DNA from: Octopus sinensis
Lineage: Eukaryota
Direction: 5' to 3'
Length of the DNA stretch: 64,000 bases
Assembly (NCBI RefSeq): GCF_006345805.1
Contig: NC_043016.1
Location: forward strand, 22,382,001-22,446,000
Shown piece by piece: positions 25,701-40,700 of the stretch; positions within the stretch are counted from its first letter, which is position 1, and every line of letters begins with the position of its first letter. Both the position numbers and the translations under genes were made by a program. The notes beneath the pieces are model-generated. The model ran no database searches. It was not told the DNA's origin and saw only the letters and a program-made list of their open reading frames with translations.

Positions 25701-28700
25701 ACAACATGCTGCCTGGCTTGGGAATTGAACTCATGATCGGGCAATTGTTAGTGAAACACCCTAACCATTAGGCAACACACCTCCATGTAGCAGAACTATA
25801 TCAAGCAGCAGGAAGAGAAGTCAGGTGACAAGTTTATATAGTGAAAGGAAAAGCAGAAAGTAAGATATTTGCCTATGCTCTACAGCATGAGGATCAGAGA
25901 TGTGAGGTGTTCAGGATTGCAAAGCAGTATATCAGAGAGAGTAAAGATGTTGTGAATGAGAAATGTGTGCGAATGGATAATGGTATGCTTGTACTTAGTG
26001 ATTCAGAGAAGAGGTATGGATGAAAGGTTACTAAATGTGGAAAATGCATGGGAGAAGGTGAGTCTTTCAAATATTGAACCAACTGATGGACCGGCCATCA
26101 GAGTTGATAGCAGTATAATAAATAAAACAATTAAAGATATGAAAACAGGAAAGCTCCTGGACCATTTAGAACCACTGCTAAGATGTTTAAAATATCTGAT
26201 GGCATAAAATATGGTCTAGTCACTCATATAGTTAATCAAGAAGGCATTGTCCCCAATGACTAGTGTAGTAGAATTATAATTAGCTGCTACAAGGGTAAAG
26301 GCTATGCCTTAGATAGATACAACTACAGAGGTATCAAACTACTGGACCAGGCCATGAAAGTTACAAAGAGTTATAGGTCAATTGATTAGGAATAGAATTT
26401 AACTAAATGAGATGCAGTTTGGTTTTGTGTCCTAGAAGAGTCCCACAGATGCCATCTTTCTAGTGAGACAGCTGCAGGAGAAGTATCTGGCCAAAAGTAG
26501 ACCATTGTACTTAGCTTTTGTTGACCTGGAGAATGCTTTTGACAAAGTCTCGTGCTCTGTTATCTGGTGGTCTCTAAGGAAGCTAGGAGTAGAGGAGTGG
26601 CTTGTTAGAGATGTATAAGACATGCATAGTGATACTGCTAGTAGGGTGAGGTGATGAATTTAGTAGGAGTTCACCAGGGCTTGATTCTCAGTCGCCTCTT
26701 ATTCCTCAAAGTCTTCCAGGCCATAACAGAGGAATTTAAAACTGGTTTTCAGTGGGAACTATTATAAGCTGATGACATCACTCTTATAGCAAAATCTGTA
26801 GTAGAATTGGAGAAGAAATTCTAGGTATGGAAGCAAAACCTGGAATCAAAGGGCCTTAAAGCCAATCTAGTGAAGACTGAAGTTGTTAGCGCAGGGAAGT
26901 GGATAAAACTCTCTTTCCATCAGGTAAATGGTCCTGCTCAATATATATGGAAAGAAGTTGGAAGTAATTCCATTTGCTGCACCCAGTACAAGCTGTGGAG
27001 ACATATGAGGTGCAATGGAATCACAGGTAAGTTAACAGGAAAAGTTGTTTCTTCATATGTGGCAAATGTACAGGAACATTAAACACTATGGACACACAGG
27101 AATTAGACTCCCAAATGCCCAGAAGGCTCTTTTGAGGTTATAGATATTTTCTTTTACCTAGGTGACCAAATCAGTAATAGTGGAGGATGTTCTGGCAGTA
27201 TTGTTGCTAGAATAAAAATAGCATGGAGGAAGTTCAGAGAGTTATTACCTCTGTTGGCAACAAAAGAACTCTCTTAGAGCGAAAGGTAGATTATATGTAT
27301 TTCTTTACTGCCCACAAGGAGCTAAACATAGAGGGGACAAACAAGGACAGACAAAGGGATTAAGTCGATTACATCGACCCCAGTGCATAACTGATACTTA
27401 ATTTATCGACCCCGAAAGGATGAAAGGCAAAGTCGACCTCGGCGGAATTTGAACTCAGAACGTAACGGCAGACGAAATACGGCTACGCATTTCGCCCGGC
27501 GTACTAACGTTTCTGCCAGCTCGCCGCCTTATAAAATTAAGATGCCTTCCCGGCGGGGAATCGTACCCCGGTCTCCCATGTGACAGGCGTGGATACTTAC
27601 CACTATACTACCGAGGACAATGCTTATGTATGAACAGCTAAACTCCATGGAAGTGAGTCATGGGCTCTGAATGCAGAAGACATGTGTAGACTAGAGAGGA
27701 ATGAAGCTACCATGCTCTGATGGATGTGTGACATCAGTGCACATATACAACAAAGTGCAAATGTGCTGAGAGAAATGTTGGCCATAAGAGGAATCAGCTG
27801 TAGCATGCAAAACAGATGACTGTGTTGGTTTGGACATGTGATGTGTATATGAATGAAGATAGCTGCATAAAGTAGTACCAATCACTTAAATTGGATGGCA
27901 CCTATGGAAGAGGGAGACCCAGGAAGAATAAGATGAGGTAGTGAGGGCTGATCTCAAGATGTTGGGGCTCATGGAGGAGGTGCCAATCGACCAAGATGAA
28001 GTTCTTGAGAAGACCCACCCACCTCAGAGAGACTGAGTTCTGGAAGCACTATGTGTTTCACCTACATGTAACATTAATTTCATACATGCTACCCACAAAA
28101 ACCAAACTACATCTCTCCTCTTCATGCACAATGTTTATCTCTCCCTCCCCACCCCTGCAGCTCAATGCAGTCCGTTCCTCACTGCCAACTGTATTATTGT
28201 TATCCTGCTGTACTCCACACTATATACCTAGGTTTCACCAGTCACAACATTCTCATATACTATTTTACTAATGCTGAAAAAACTTCACATAATAAAACAG
28301 TATTTTACTTTATCTTTGGCATTCAAGTAAATTTTTCTCATTTTGTTCTGCACCAATGTGCTTACTTATGTGTGTGTGTGTGTGTGTGTATGTGTACATA
28401 TACACATGCTGAGATGTGGGCTCAGAATGCAGAGGACATGTGAAGGTTAGAAAGGAATGAGGCTAGTATGCTCTGCTCGAGGTGTAATGTCAGTGTACAT
28501 GTTTGAAAGAGAAAGAGAGAGAGAAGTTAGGCATAAGAAGAATTGGTTGCTGTGTGCAAGAGAGAAGACTCTGCTGGTTTGGTCATGTGATGTGGATGGC
28601 TGCCGACAGCTCCATAAAGAAGTGCCAATCTCTCAAAGTGGATGGAGCATGTGGAAGACCCAAGAAGTCATGGGATGAAGTACTGAAGAATGTCCTTTCA

Positions 28701-31700
28701 GGTGAAATGACAAAGGACTGAGATACCTGGCACCTAGCCGTACTCAAAAAGACTCACAGAAGTACACCACAAAAGTATTAAGACCAATCCTTTTGGTGGT
28801 GCAAAGCACTTGTGGCAGTGCCACATAATAGCGCCTGTGTGGTGCCATGTAAAAGTGTCCATGAGATGTGCCCGTGCAGTGCCAGGTAAAAGTGCCTGTG
28901 TAGTGTCACATAAAGCACAAGTGTGGTGCCATGTAAAAGCACCCAGCACATCCTGTAAACCACATCAAATCAGGCTGGAGTCTGGTGCAGCTCTGGTCAA
29001 ACAGTCGAACCCATGCCAGTATGGACAATGCACATTAAATGATGATATATATATATATATATATTGGCACTTGTGCCGGTGGTACATGAAAAGCATTCAA
29101 GCGAGGTCGTTGCCAGTGCTGCTGGACTTGCTCCTGTGCAGGTGGCATGTAAAAAACACCACTTGAGTGTGGTCGTTGCCAGTACTGCCTGACTGGCACT
29201 TGTGCTGGTGGCACATAAAAGCACCCACTACACTCTCGGAGTGGTTGGCATTGGGAGGGGCATCCAGCTGTAGAAACTTTGCCAGATCAGATTGGAGCCT
29301 GGTGCAGCCATCTGGTTCGCTAGTCTTCAGTCAAATTGTCCAACCTATGCTAGCATGGAAATCGGATGTTAAATGATGATGATGATGATATATTACAGTG
29401 TGGCAGTACTAAGCAGTAATGTGTATAAATACAAGGTTATTACGAGTTCAAATATGCTTGGGGCATATTTGAACACATAAGAAAGCCATTCACTGTGTTT
29501 TGTCAGGGAGAAATTTTCTTGCTATAGACAAATTGCAGCATTAAGCTGTGATGTATATAAATATACCTTGTATTTATACATATCATTGTTTAGCGCTGAT
29601 ACCCAGAAATTTGTGGTGAGCTGCCAATTAGCACTACCAGTCATTGTACAATGATAATATCTTAAGAGAGACAATCTCTCTTATCAGCTTGCAGCATACT
29701 CAGTCAGGTTTCTGTGATTGAAGAGGAGATAACCACTCCAAAATGTTCTCATTTCACAGCCTGGGTAGGTGGTGCTGCAAGCTGATTTTTGTGTATTTAC
29801 ACCATTTGTCTACAGCGAGAAATTTTGTCTGAGGCAAAGCACAGTGAATGGTTTGCTTACAGGTTCAAATATGGCCCCAGCAAATTTAAACTGGTAATAG
29901 CCTTATTGTTACAAATGAGAAATTACCTGAATATAATTTCAGATGGTACTACGTGAATTAGAACACTGCTCTCTAGTTTTACAAAGGAAGACATAAATAA
30001 AAAATTAATCCTAATGAAAAAATAATTCATTTCGGTCACGTGACTGTTTAAAAGTAGGCTGGATGGTTTGGCACGCTTTTACTGTGTGGACTGACTATAA
30101 ATACTGTGGTCTGTGCTAGGAGCTGATGTGCAGTGGTTGACGTGTGTGAGTTGGTGTTGGACAGATGGTTTCAAGTGAGTGCTGGCAGTCGATGTGAGTA
30201 ATTTATGTGAACAGTTGATACAGCAGTCTGTTGCCAGGAGCCAATGTGAGGCAGTCGATGTGTGAGTTAGTACCATGCAGTCAGTGTGAGGTGGTTGATG
30301 TTGAGCAGTTCATGTGGAACAGTTGACACAGTTCATCACTGAAGTCACTGCCAAATGTACTAGTACATAACTTGAACCACTCGCAAAAATCATGTCTTCA
30401 ACTAATTTCTTCAGAGCTCACCAGATTACTGAATTGTTAATTGCTTTCTCCAAATCAACGAAAGCCAGATATAGTAGTTTATTCTTAGTCAAGCATTTCT
30501 CTTCTCCTGTAGTGGCTTCACTAGGAAGATTGCATCTGTGATGCCTTTTCCAGGGACAAAGCCTAAGTGCTTTTCATCCAGGTCAACTCTATCATGGATG
30601 AATTGGGTTATGGCTCTCTCTGTGACCTTCATTCTAGAAATTTGACTCCTCTATGGTTGCTTCTCTGTGAAGCATCCCCTTTGCCCTTATAGTAGTTTAT
30701 GATTATACTGCTATGTCAGTTGTTGGGCATGACACTTTCTTCTATGATTTAATTAACTGTTTGGGTGGTAATCTTGTATTCTACTTTCCCATATATTCCA
30801 AGTGTCTATTCCTGATTCACACTTTTCCCTCTTTCCATGTTCTTGATCATTTTATTTATCACACTGCAGTCAACTTGAATTGCTGATCTCTGTATTGGAT
30901 CAGCACAGTAGGGTAATCCCTGTTTATCCCATGCATTTTCTACATTTAGCAGCTTTTCACAATAGCACTTCTATGCCAGTTTCTTATGTTCCATATTAAT
31001 GGCGAGTTTGCCTTCCTCATTCCAAATACATCTCACTTCTCTTTCACACATTTTCTCACAATCCTGAACACTTCTCACTTCAGATCCTCACATTACAGGA
31101 CATGCAAATCTCTAGTCATTAAGTAGTGCTCCTTACTACTACTACCATTCTTCCAGTCCTCCCAAGCCAGTCTCTTAGCCTTTACTGCCCTATCAATCTT
31201 ATCATTCCGCCACCATGTTACTTTTGGTTTGTGGCTCCAGCCACATCAGATTTGTAGCTTTAAGCAGGTTATCTTGTACAAATTCCCAGTTGTCATCTAT
31301 ACTACAAGTATCTAAATCTTCTTCCCTACAGTCATGTGTATCATTTAGAATTACTCTAACCCTATTCCCAGTTGTTGGATCTTTTAATTTCCAAACCTTT
31401 CTTCTCTATGCTGTTTTCTTTTCTGAGTCAGCCTAACTCTGACACAGAAGTCACTAGCTAATAACCTATGTTGAGTAGTGCATTCATCTTTCTGTCCTGT
31501 TTCTTAATGACACTCTGACTTGTGTGTTTGCAGATTAGCAGGCAATGAGGTGGTTGGATGGTTTGTTAAAGAGTGTGTTGTAAATTGTTAGATCAGTAGT
31601 ATCACAAAACTTGCTTTATTTCTTGAGCCATAACCATATCCTCCATGTACATTGCGAAAGCCATCAGTGTGTTGGCTAACATGTCCACTGAAGTCACCAG

Positions 31701-34700
31701 CTACAATAATGAGGTTGCTGTTATTTGTCACTAAAGTAATCTGTAGAAGGGCTTCATACAAGCAATCCTTCTGTGCTTCTGGCAGTCCCACTTGTGACGC
31801 ATATGTCAAGATAAATGCTGCTATTGTGTTGCCTACAATTAGTCTTAACTTAATTATCCTATCACACACCCTGAATACATTTATTACATCATCTATCCAC
31901 CTCTCAGCTAATGGTATATCTATTGTCACTATTGTTCATCCAGAAGAGTTTGAACTACTGCTTCCCACCTGTGAGGAGTTCAGTTGAAAATTTCTTCCAA
32001 GCATGACCCAACTTCTCTTATTCCCAGCCTTTAATGTTGTCAAGCATAGCAGGCTTCTGTCATCTTTATGAAGCTCAACATTTTGAGGTTAGTCTTCTCC
32101 ACTTCATTCTAGATATTTCTAGATCCCTTCCACAGGATTCACATAATGTGTGTGCTTGGAATTTCTTTACATGGCTGTTGTCTTTCATATGTGCATCACA
32201 TACCAATACAGTCTTCTCTGTTACACATGACATCTGATTCTTCTTATATCCAGTTTTACTTTCAGCTCATTTGTACTTTATTATTTATACATACTAACAT
32301 TACACATCCAGAGAAATATGCTAACTTCATTTCTTCCAAGTTTTCATTCACAAACCCTCTGCTTGATGCTTGTGCACAAGTTGCAGCATTGCACTATGAA
32401 TACAAACATCATGTAAGTTGCTCTATACACTGACAGTAGAGTTGATACCTCCCTAATAAATGTGAAGATTAATGACAACAAAATATCAGTAAATACCAAC
32501 TTGTCTTATCTGAATTTCTTCAGTTTAGTTTTGCACGACTGAGTAAAAAATGAGATATTATGGTTTGCTCATGAGTTGCCAGTTTTCATGACCACCTCCA
32601 AATATCACATGTAAATCTCTTTATGTAGAAATCAGAATTATGATAACTACAGTATAAATCTCAGACCAGACACACTACTCATATGTTAGAGTGGTGCATC
32701 TGGTCTGAGGTTTATACTTTGCTAACCACAAATGCCTCTGGTTCAATGTGTTAATATGGACATCTAATCTTTGTCTTTTTGCTGAAAATCCTGAACCATT
32801 TGAGCATTAATATAAACTCCAGTTAGTAAAGTAGGGAACAGCAATGCTCATAACCTTTGAGACTTCAGGAAAGAAAGGACATTATCCTAAAACAGGAAAA
32901 TTAATCTGAATGCTTGTGATAGAATGAATTCTGCCAAAGGCTCCCAAGGATCAAATGATGGGCATCAGATTAAGCTTAAGAACTCAGAATCAAAGAGCTG
33001 GAACAAAGAGCTGCATAATCTTATCTGACAATTTTATCAATCCACTGCCCTAAACTGGTATTTTATTTTACCAAGGATGAAAGGCAAAGTTAACAATGGC
33101 AGGATCTGAACTCAAAGTACAAGGGTTTTGTTCTACACTCTCATGATTCTGCCAATTTGTTGTCAAATAACAAAGTGTAGTATCTTCAGAAGATTATCTT
33201 AATTATTTAGATTCTTGATATTCTGTAAATTTGTTTCAAACAGTCCCTTTCTTAAAATCAAGGTATCTACTTACCTCCATATCACTCCAATTTGGAAAGA
33301 GCTCATCTAAAGCTCTTGGTTCTAAGCAAGCGCCAGATAAAGTGTGTCCGCCTGGAAGAATAAAATTTTGTGTGTCAATACAATTGTATGAGCACAGATT
33401 TATCATGATATTTACATAGCAAAACAGACAAACATGTTAATTTAACACAGTATAACTCTCTTCTCTCTTTGCTACACTTGGGAGCTATACTACAATTGAG
33501 AATCGAGTGATATTAAGGAATTAAATTACTGAGCAGAATGTACTAGGATCAAACTTTGTTCCAATCCTTGTGTTGCACTGTCCTACACAAAATACATTAC
33601 TATACATGAGCCACCGAAGAAGTCTCTATATAGAAACTTGATATGCTAGAAGTAGCAGCCAAATCTCTTCCAAATTCAACCATACTATTTTAGGAAAGAG
33701 CACACTAAATAATGTAGCTGTACATATCCCTAAAAAGACAGGCTGGCCATGGTTGGAATGTTTTTCATCATAGCTCTACTTGATCAGGGTTGACCTAGGG
33801 TCAAGCAGCAACAATAACATTACTGTAATAGCCTCAGTCTGCCTGGTTGGTAAAACATACAACTAAATCACAGTCAGTGTCAGGAAGATAAGATATTCAG
33901 TTTAAAAATATATCTAGTTGTGACAATTGTCATAAACAAGAATTTTCACACTTATACATACAAATCCTACTTTTTCCTCCTCTCCCACACCACATGAGGG
34001 TATGCTGATTCTTCAAATATAGCTAAGTAGTTACTCAACCTGCTAGAAATAGATAACATCTCTCAAATCTTACCCTATTGTCTTAAAAAAGGACAAAGTA
34101 TGATGTAGTCCTAGCTATACTATACCTAAGAAAAGAGAGGGATGGTCATAGCTGGAATGCCTTGGATTATCAGTCTGTTCTGGGACTAATCAACAACAAA
34201 AACATCACAGTTTAGTCCTTAGTAACAGTCTTCCTGGTTGATAAAGCAGTTTCTATACCGACATCACATTTGAATGACTAATTACTATTAACCATTTAAT
34301 TATGAAGGCAGAGAATTAGGAGAGTCATTGGAGCATTGGATAAAAAGCCTTATGATATTTGTTCCAGCTCTCTTTGCTTTGAGTTCAAATCCTGCCAAGG
34401 TCAGCTTTGCCTTTTATCAGTCCAAGGCAGTGAACTGATGGACTTGAGATGACTTGCAGTAGATTTGTTTTCTGAACTTAAAAAATTCCATCAAGGTGTT
34501 GATGGCCAAAACCAATTACCTCATCACAAGAGTATCCTGCCAACCAATAATTAGCTAATATGAACAGGTAGGACAGGTAGGATTGTGACCAGCTCAGATA
34601 ACTGTGAAAAGCATTCTTTTATTCTTTTACTTGTTTCAGTCATTTGACTGTGACCATGCTGGAGCACCACCTTAAAGGGATTTTTAGTCAAAGAAATCGA

Positions 34701-37700
34701 CCCCAGGACTTATTCTTTGTGAGCCTAACACTTATTCTATTTTTCTGTTTTGCTGAATTGCTAAGTTACAGGGATGTAAACACACCAAGCAATGGTAGGT
34801 GAACAAACAAAGACACACGGTCATAAATACACATACATATCAGGCTTCTTTTAGCTTCCATCTACCAAATCCACTCATAAGGCTTTGGTTGGCCCAAAGC
34901 TATAGTATAAGACACTTATCCAAAGTGCCACACAGTGGGACTGAACCCCAGAACCGTATAGCTGGGAAGCAAGCTTCTTACCACACAGCCACATGTGCCT
35001 ATGCAGAGGATTCACTCAGAAGTGGATTGAAAAGAGCTGAATGCATATAGTTTCCATAAAGCCAGATCTATTGGTGACTTATTTCTCCTCTGTCTTCCCC
35101 AGTCAACTCTTGCTTTAGAATAATCTAGTGCAAGCAATATTGTCACAATTGATATCAGCAAAACTTTTGCCTGTGTCTGCATGTAAATCCCCAATTAAAA
35201 CTTTTTGCCTATGGGCTTCACCAATCTCTTACTTCTTGGATTTATAGCTTCTTACCACATTGCATTCTAGCCACATGTTGTCAGAGATCTTTTTGTTCCT
35301 CATTCTACCAACTCTAGTGTGCCCCTGATTTCGGTTTTGTTCTAAAATCTCTTCATTCTACATACCAACAAACTTTCTTCCAACTACGTATAACAGCATT
35401 ATGCTGATGATACTTCTCTTCATTTCTCCAAAACATTCTCCACACACAACCTAAAACCACACACCAAATCCACACTAACTCCCCAAATGAAAGCCTTAAA
35501 TGTACCCTCTACTGGGGACATGTCAATCTTTGTCTCTTTCAACAACATAAATGTTACTTATATATAAAGAGAAAAAACATCATCACACTACATCCCCTTA
35601 ATCACAACCAGCACTCAGCTAGAGCTCTCAAAATTGCTCCAATTGTTGGGTCTTACTACCATCAATCAATACTCCTAGCACAAGCATGTCTTTAAAGTAG
35701 CTAGAATCTCATCCCAATGACTGGCTCTTCTCTTCAGGACCAGAAGATATTTCAGCCCCCAACAATTACCAGCACTCTAAGTTCAAGCAAGGCTCACAAT
35801 GGAATATTATTCTTACATCTGAGATGGTGCTGCTACTGTATACACAGACATCCTACACCATATCCAGGAAAGGTTGATCAACTTAAAGTCGCTCACAGCC
35901 TCTAGCCCACAGATGCACTGTCTATCAATTTTTCTGCAACTACTATAATGGCTTCAAGCTGGATTCACACCAGCTCCACTCAGGCATTCCCATCCTACTT
36001 AATTCTTCTCTTCTCATCCGTTTTGTTATACCCACACCCACTGATCCTTCACTAATTGCAACATCCAGTCTTTTTTTTTTTTCAGAATGTCAAACCCTGG
36101 AATTTTTTTGCTCATATCTTTTTCATAGGTTTTGACTTACAATAGTTTGGGGAAAAAACTAATGGCATCAATTTCACAGGTTTAGGAGGGCCTGCAAAAG
36201 CCATGGGTATTATCCCTTCTTCCAGAGATAGCAAGGAAGAAAAAAAAATGTTCCAACAGTAAATAAATAGCAAAATTTATCAAAACCTCCTCTATGTACA
36301 TAGGCATGGAAAAATTGATACAAAACTAAAATAAAAAGTAAACCATTACATAAATTATGCAATCTTTTTAGAAACTAGTGGTATACTTTTATGGGTGATT
36401 AGCCACATCTTTGATAAACATGCAAAATGAGAGCACCACATGTGTAAAGTGTTACAACTGGGAAGTAAAACTGTACTTCAACCATTACTTGCTAAGAGGT
36501 ATCTTCTAACCGTTTATGGTAATGATACCTTTAAAGTTGGCAAGAATAACTAAGAAAAGAAAAAATACAGAGAAATAAAAAATAAAAAACATTACCAACC
36601 AATTTCAGCAGCTTTTTCAACTAGTGTTACTCGTAGTTCAATTTCTTTTTCAGCTGCAAGCTGTTTGAGACGACAAGCTGCAGATAAGCCTGCAGGCCCT
36701 CCACCAACAATAAGGACATCTGTTTCATCAGCATATCTTTCCATATCGATATCTGGAAGAAAGAAAAAAAAAAAGAAGGATAAGGATAACTCTGGCACTA
36801 AATATGCTGTTGAAAGAATAGAGGAAGTGTGTGCAGTGAAGGACATTGAATAGTCAATTTCATACATTCAGGTTCTTATTTAGCACCAGGTCATTACACC
36901 CCAGACTACATTATCTAAAGGATGTTGTTTGTGTGGCAGCAGGATGTGATTTGAAGCAAACTTGGGTACTGTTTTTAGCAGGCCAAGTCAGTGATTTTTT
37001 ATTACCCACTAGGGGCTACATAGAGGGGACGTTACAAACATTGGGGACATAGAACATCACAATTACATATATATGGGCAAAATGAAATATGAAAAATGAT
37101 ATATGAAAGCGATGCCGACGGCCCCATCCGTCAGCATCACTTACCTGTCCTTTCACACATTTCCAATTAGCATTCCTTGCTTACCTATCACAACGTTCAT
37201 TTTTCTTTCAGCCCTCTCTATCAATTCATCCTTCATTTGCACTGACTTCCAACACACACCCTCTTCCTCAAACCTTCTCACCAATAAGCCCATATCATCA
37301 CCATCCACAGCCGTGTAATTACAATCTTCATGTTCATACCAATTGCTTAACACCCCTTTTGCGTTTTGTGTGTCTTTCCCATTTATAACACTCCATAGAT
37401 AACTCAGTGGTCCAGATAATTTCAAATAATTTAAGGGGTAAAAATTCTAGGCTTCTCTTCATTCTCATGCTTGTTTCCTTGGAGATATTAATATGAAGCA
37501 TGGGCACAGATAGGGTATTGCACATTTAGTCAAGTAGTTGGTAGTTGATCTGGCTGTAAGAAGACACCACAAGGCAAGAACAACTCATCACTGCAGATGA
37601 CAACAACATAAAAAACATGTTTTGTTAAACTGCAGTGCTGATTTGAACTCCAGTTGTATGAAATATGCCTAGTAAAGTTCCTCTAATGTACAAACAAGAG

Positions 37701-40700
37701 TTCATCGGATACCTCACTGTGTGTTCTTTGGATTTTTATTTTGGTTCTTATTTATGGGATGTACTAAATGATTGGTGAGTATAATGGCCTATTCCATATT
37801 AATTCAATGACACACAGATTTACATCACCATGTGAACAACAAACTGAGGGAGACGGGAGACTCTACACTGGTGGTTTCCAATATGGGTGTCATGACACCC
37901 TAGAATGCTACAAACATTTGTTATGAATGTGTAAAGCATCAAATTAAATTATACAGTTAAAAAAAAGCCAAAAACCAATGTCTGTATTTAAAAGCAAGAT
38001 TTTAGAAAGACTGCAAAAACACACTTGGGGCATAGCAGGTTTTCTTCTTTGGTTTAAATTTCTGTGAGAATAAACCAAGGGTGTTGCATATCAAACTAAA
38101 GGAGATAGGATGATGAGGTCACAGAAACACTGGAGGCCACTGTTCTGCATGGTGACTAGCCCCACAACAAATACCATCTTAGAAAAGGACATGTTGGATA
38201 ATGTGGTCTTGAGTTACCTGTTTGTAGGCAAAAGACAGCATGGTCATAGGAAAAATGTCCTTAATAACAGGTTTACTTGATCAGAGTTGACCTTAGGGCT
38301 AAGGAGCAACAATAATAAATAGGTGGACAACTTCTTCAAAGCAGTATTAAGTTCATTGATAGAATATTACTATCTGAATCCTGTGACAACCGTTTGCACA
38401 TTTTATTTTGAAGCTGCTAAACTTGTTCAATATATCCTTATGGGAATTAAGTTCCACGTTAGTAACTCTTAATGAATTAATTTTTGTCGATTCTGACACA
38501 TTGCTAGTTTCTTTGGATTCTGGATTTTACTTTCAATGTAGGGGAGATAACTTTGTCACTACAATAACGCACATGTTTGACAAGTAAGCTCTTTTTTTCA
38601 TATTATTTATTTACAAACTGTGATTAGACTCCATTAGAAGAAAAAGCTATTGATAAAAAGTATTAAAGTTAAAAACTGAAAATAGAAATTATTTAATTTG
38701 AGAAACATAAAATGCTTGACAAAATTATCATCTTGTAAATCTTGTACTGTTTTCATATTAAGATCTCCGTATATGCAAAGATAACTTTTTTCCAATATTC
38801 AGTAGTGGACTTCAGTAATAATGACTTTCAGTTATTCTGTCTAAAAGTCTCTCTATCTTATTCTTCTAACTTCGTATGTTATTTCTACAATTCCCCAAAT
38901 TCTTTCAATCATCACCAGTTGTTTGACTATCTCACTTCCTACCTTGAAGACCACAATTTCACCTCACCTCTCTTTGAAGTCATCACAATTTGGGACTTCA
39001 ATGTACACAACTCATCTTTATAAATCATGTTTTTCCCACCCACAACACAGGTACTGTTAGCAGGGAGGTCGAATTATCAACACCAACTGGTAGCTCCACT
39101 TCTACACATATTTCTGAAAGACACACCAAATACTTCTGATCAATACTTTATTCTTAAACCCCAAACTAATCTCTGCATTATACTGTCTTGGCTTCCACTG
39201 TCTTATCTAATAACTGCTGAATAGACGAAAACACTAATCATATTTCAAATGCTCTTAAAGTGTGTGTAATTTTGCCTTCTTTGACTATGTTTTATGTTCG
39301 GTGAAGAATGTTGTAGAAATATTCTTGTAATTTTTTTCCCTGCATTAGACTGTTTTAATTGTTGAAAATGATTGTTAGATATTAGACATGTCTGAAATTT
39401 TTTGGAGTTGCTGATAGAAAGGAAGATTGTGGATTTGTGAACATTATACTTTTAGTCTGTTTATTTATAGCCAGTATTATAGATGGTGAATGTACATTTG
39501 TTGTTGTATGGAAATTAGAGAAAGGAGGTGGTTGATGTTGTATAAAGGTGCACAGATGTCCAAGGTGGTTAAGAAGTCTGCTTTGTAACCATATAGTTTC
39601 AACTTGGGTGAAGTTTGATAGAAAGAAACTGTGTGAAAGTCAGTCAAATGAAGTATAACAATTCTTAAATGGTAAACTTAATCTGTCACTTGGTTTAATG
39701 CCTTTAGTGAAGTCCACTTTATTACATATATTCAGACCAGCTCTGAATATATGCAATATCATAATGCACTGTGGTGATTTCTTCCTCTCTTTCTTCCTAT
39801 CACCAGTTTTGGAAGCTCAAAAAAAAGTGTCATGGGCACTTCTCTTTCTTATATAAGACATTAAAATTAAAACACATGTACACACTAACACATCATAGTA
39901 TTCTCTTCTCACAAAATATCTCATATCTTCTGTTACCAAATCAGCTAACTGATCAAGTTCCACTACATCTGGAATCAAATGCATTTCCCTCCCTCTGCCA
40001 TTTTGGTCTGAAATAATGTGAATGACCAAAACCATGCTTCCAGTCATATTTCTTCTGTAGATGACATTTTCAACATAATTGAAGTCTATAATTGCAATAT
40101 CCTCAAGAGGTTTTGTCCTCATTTGTGCTGCTTAAAACTCTTAGACAAATTCACACTACTCCATTTATAAGGGAGCTTTTATCCAATGCCCAAAGATAAC
40201 TATCAGATAAGCAAAGGATGCTTTTGTGTACTGAATAGTTTACTAACTTTCTTAGGTGCCAAGTTATAGCAGAGCCTTCTGGGCTATTATCAAAAGGTTC
40301 TCAACCAACTTTGCATAATTATCTTGTCATCAACTCTTTAACTAAGCTCTCTTAGCAGCACACTTGCTGAAAAAGCTTTCACTTTGCCTTCACCTTAGCA
40401 TGGCATGCTCCCAGCATTATCTCTTTCATCATCACTTACACAGTCACAATGTAAGAAAACTCATCCAACTGCTCCAATGTGAAAAGGCAATAGTCTTGAT
40501 GGTATTTCTTTCACCATTCTCAAACTGTGCCATTCAGAGTCAGTTCCTACCCTTGCCAAACACTCCAAGCCCTCTTTTTCTACAAAAGTGCATCCTAGTC
40601 TATTTGGAAACATGCCACAGTATATTCCATTTCACAAAAGAGTAACATCTCTAACCCTCCCTACATTTCAGGTAATGGAAACAGTTGTCAGCAATCACCT

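Larger units (their letters stand above)
24640..28010 (+). mobile_element. Degenerate RTE LINE (EN + RT) with nested insertions at about 25420-25787 and 27298-27617
   Basis: Endonuclease-like segment, RT segments (gagatgcagtttggttttgtg; ttagcttttgttgacctggagaatgcttttgac; gctgatgac) and C-terminal region colinear with 4900-8595. Confidence 0.88.
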
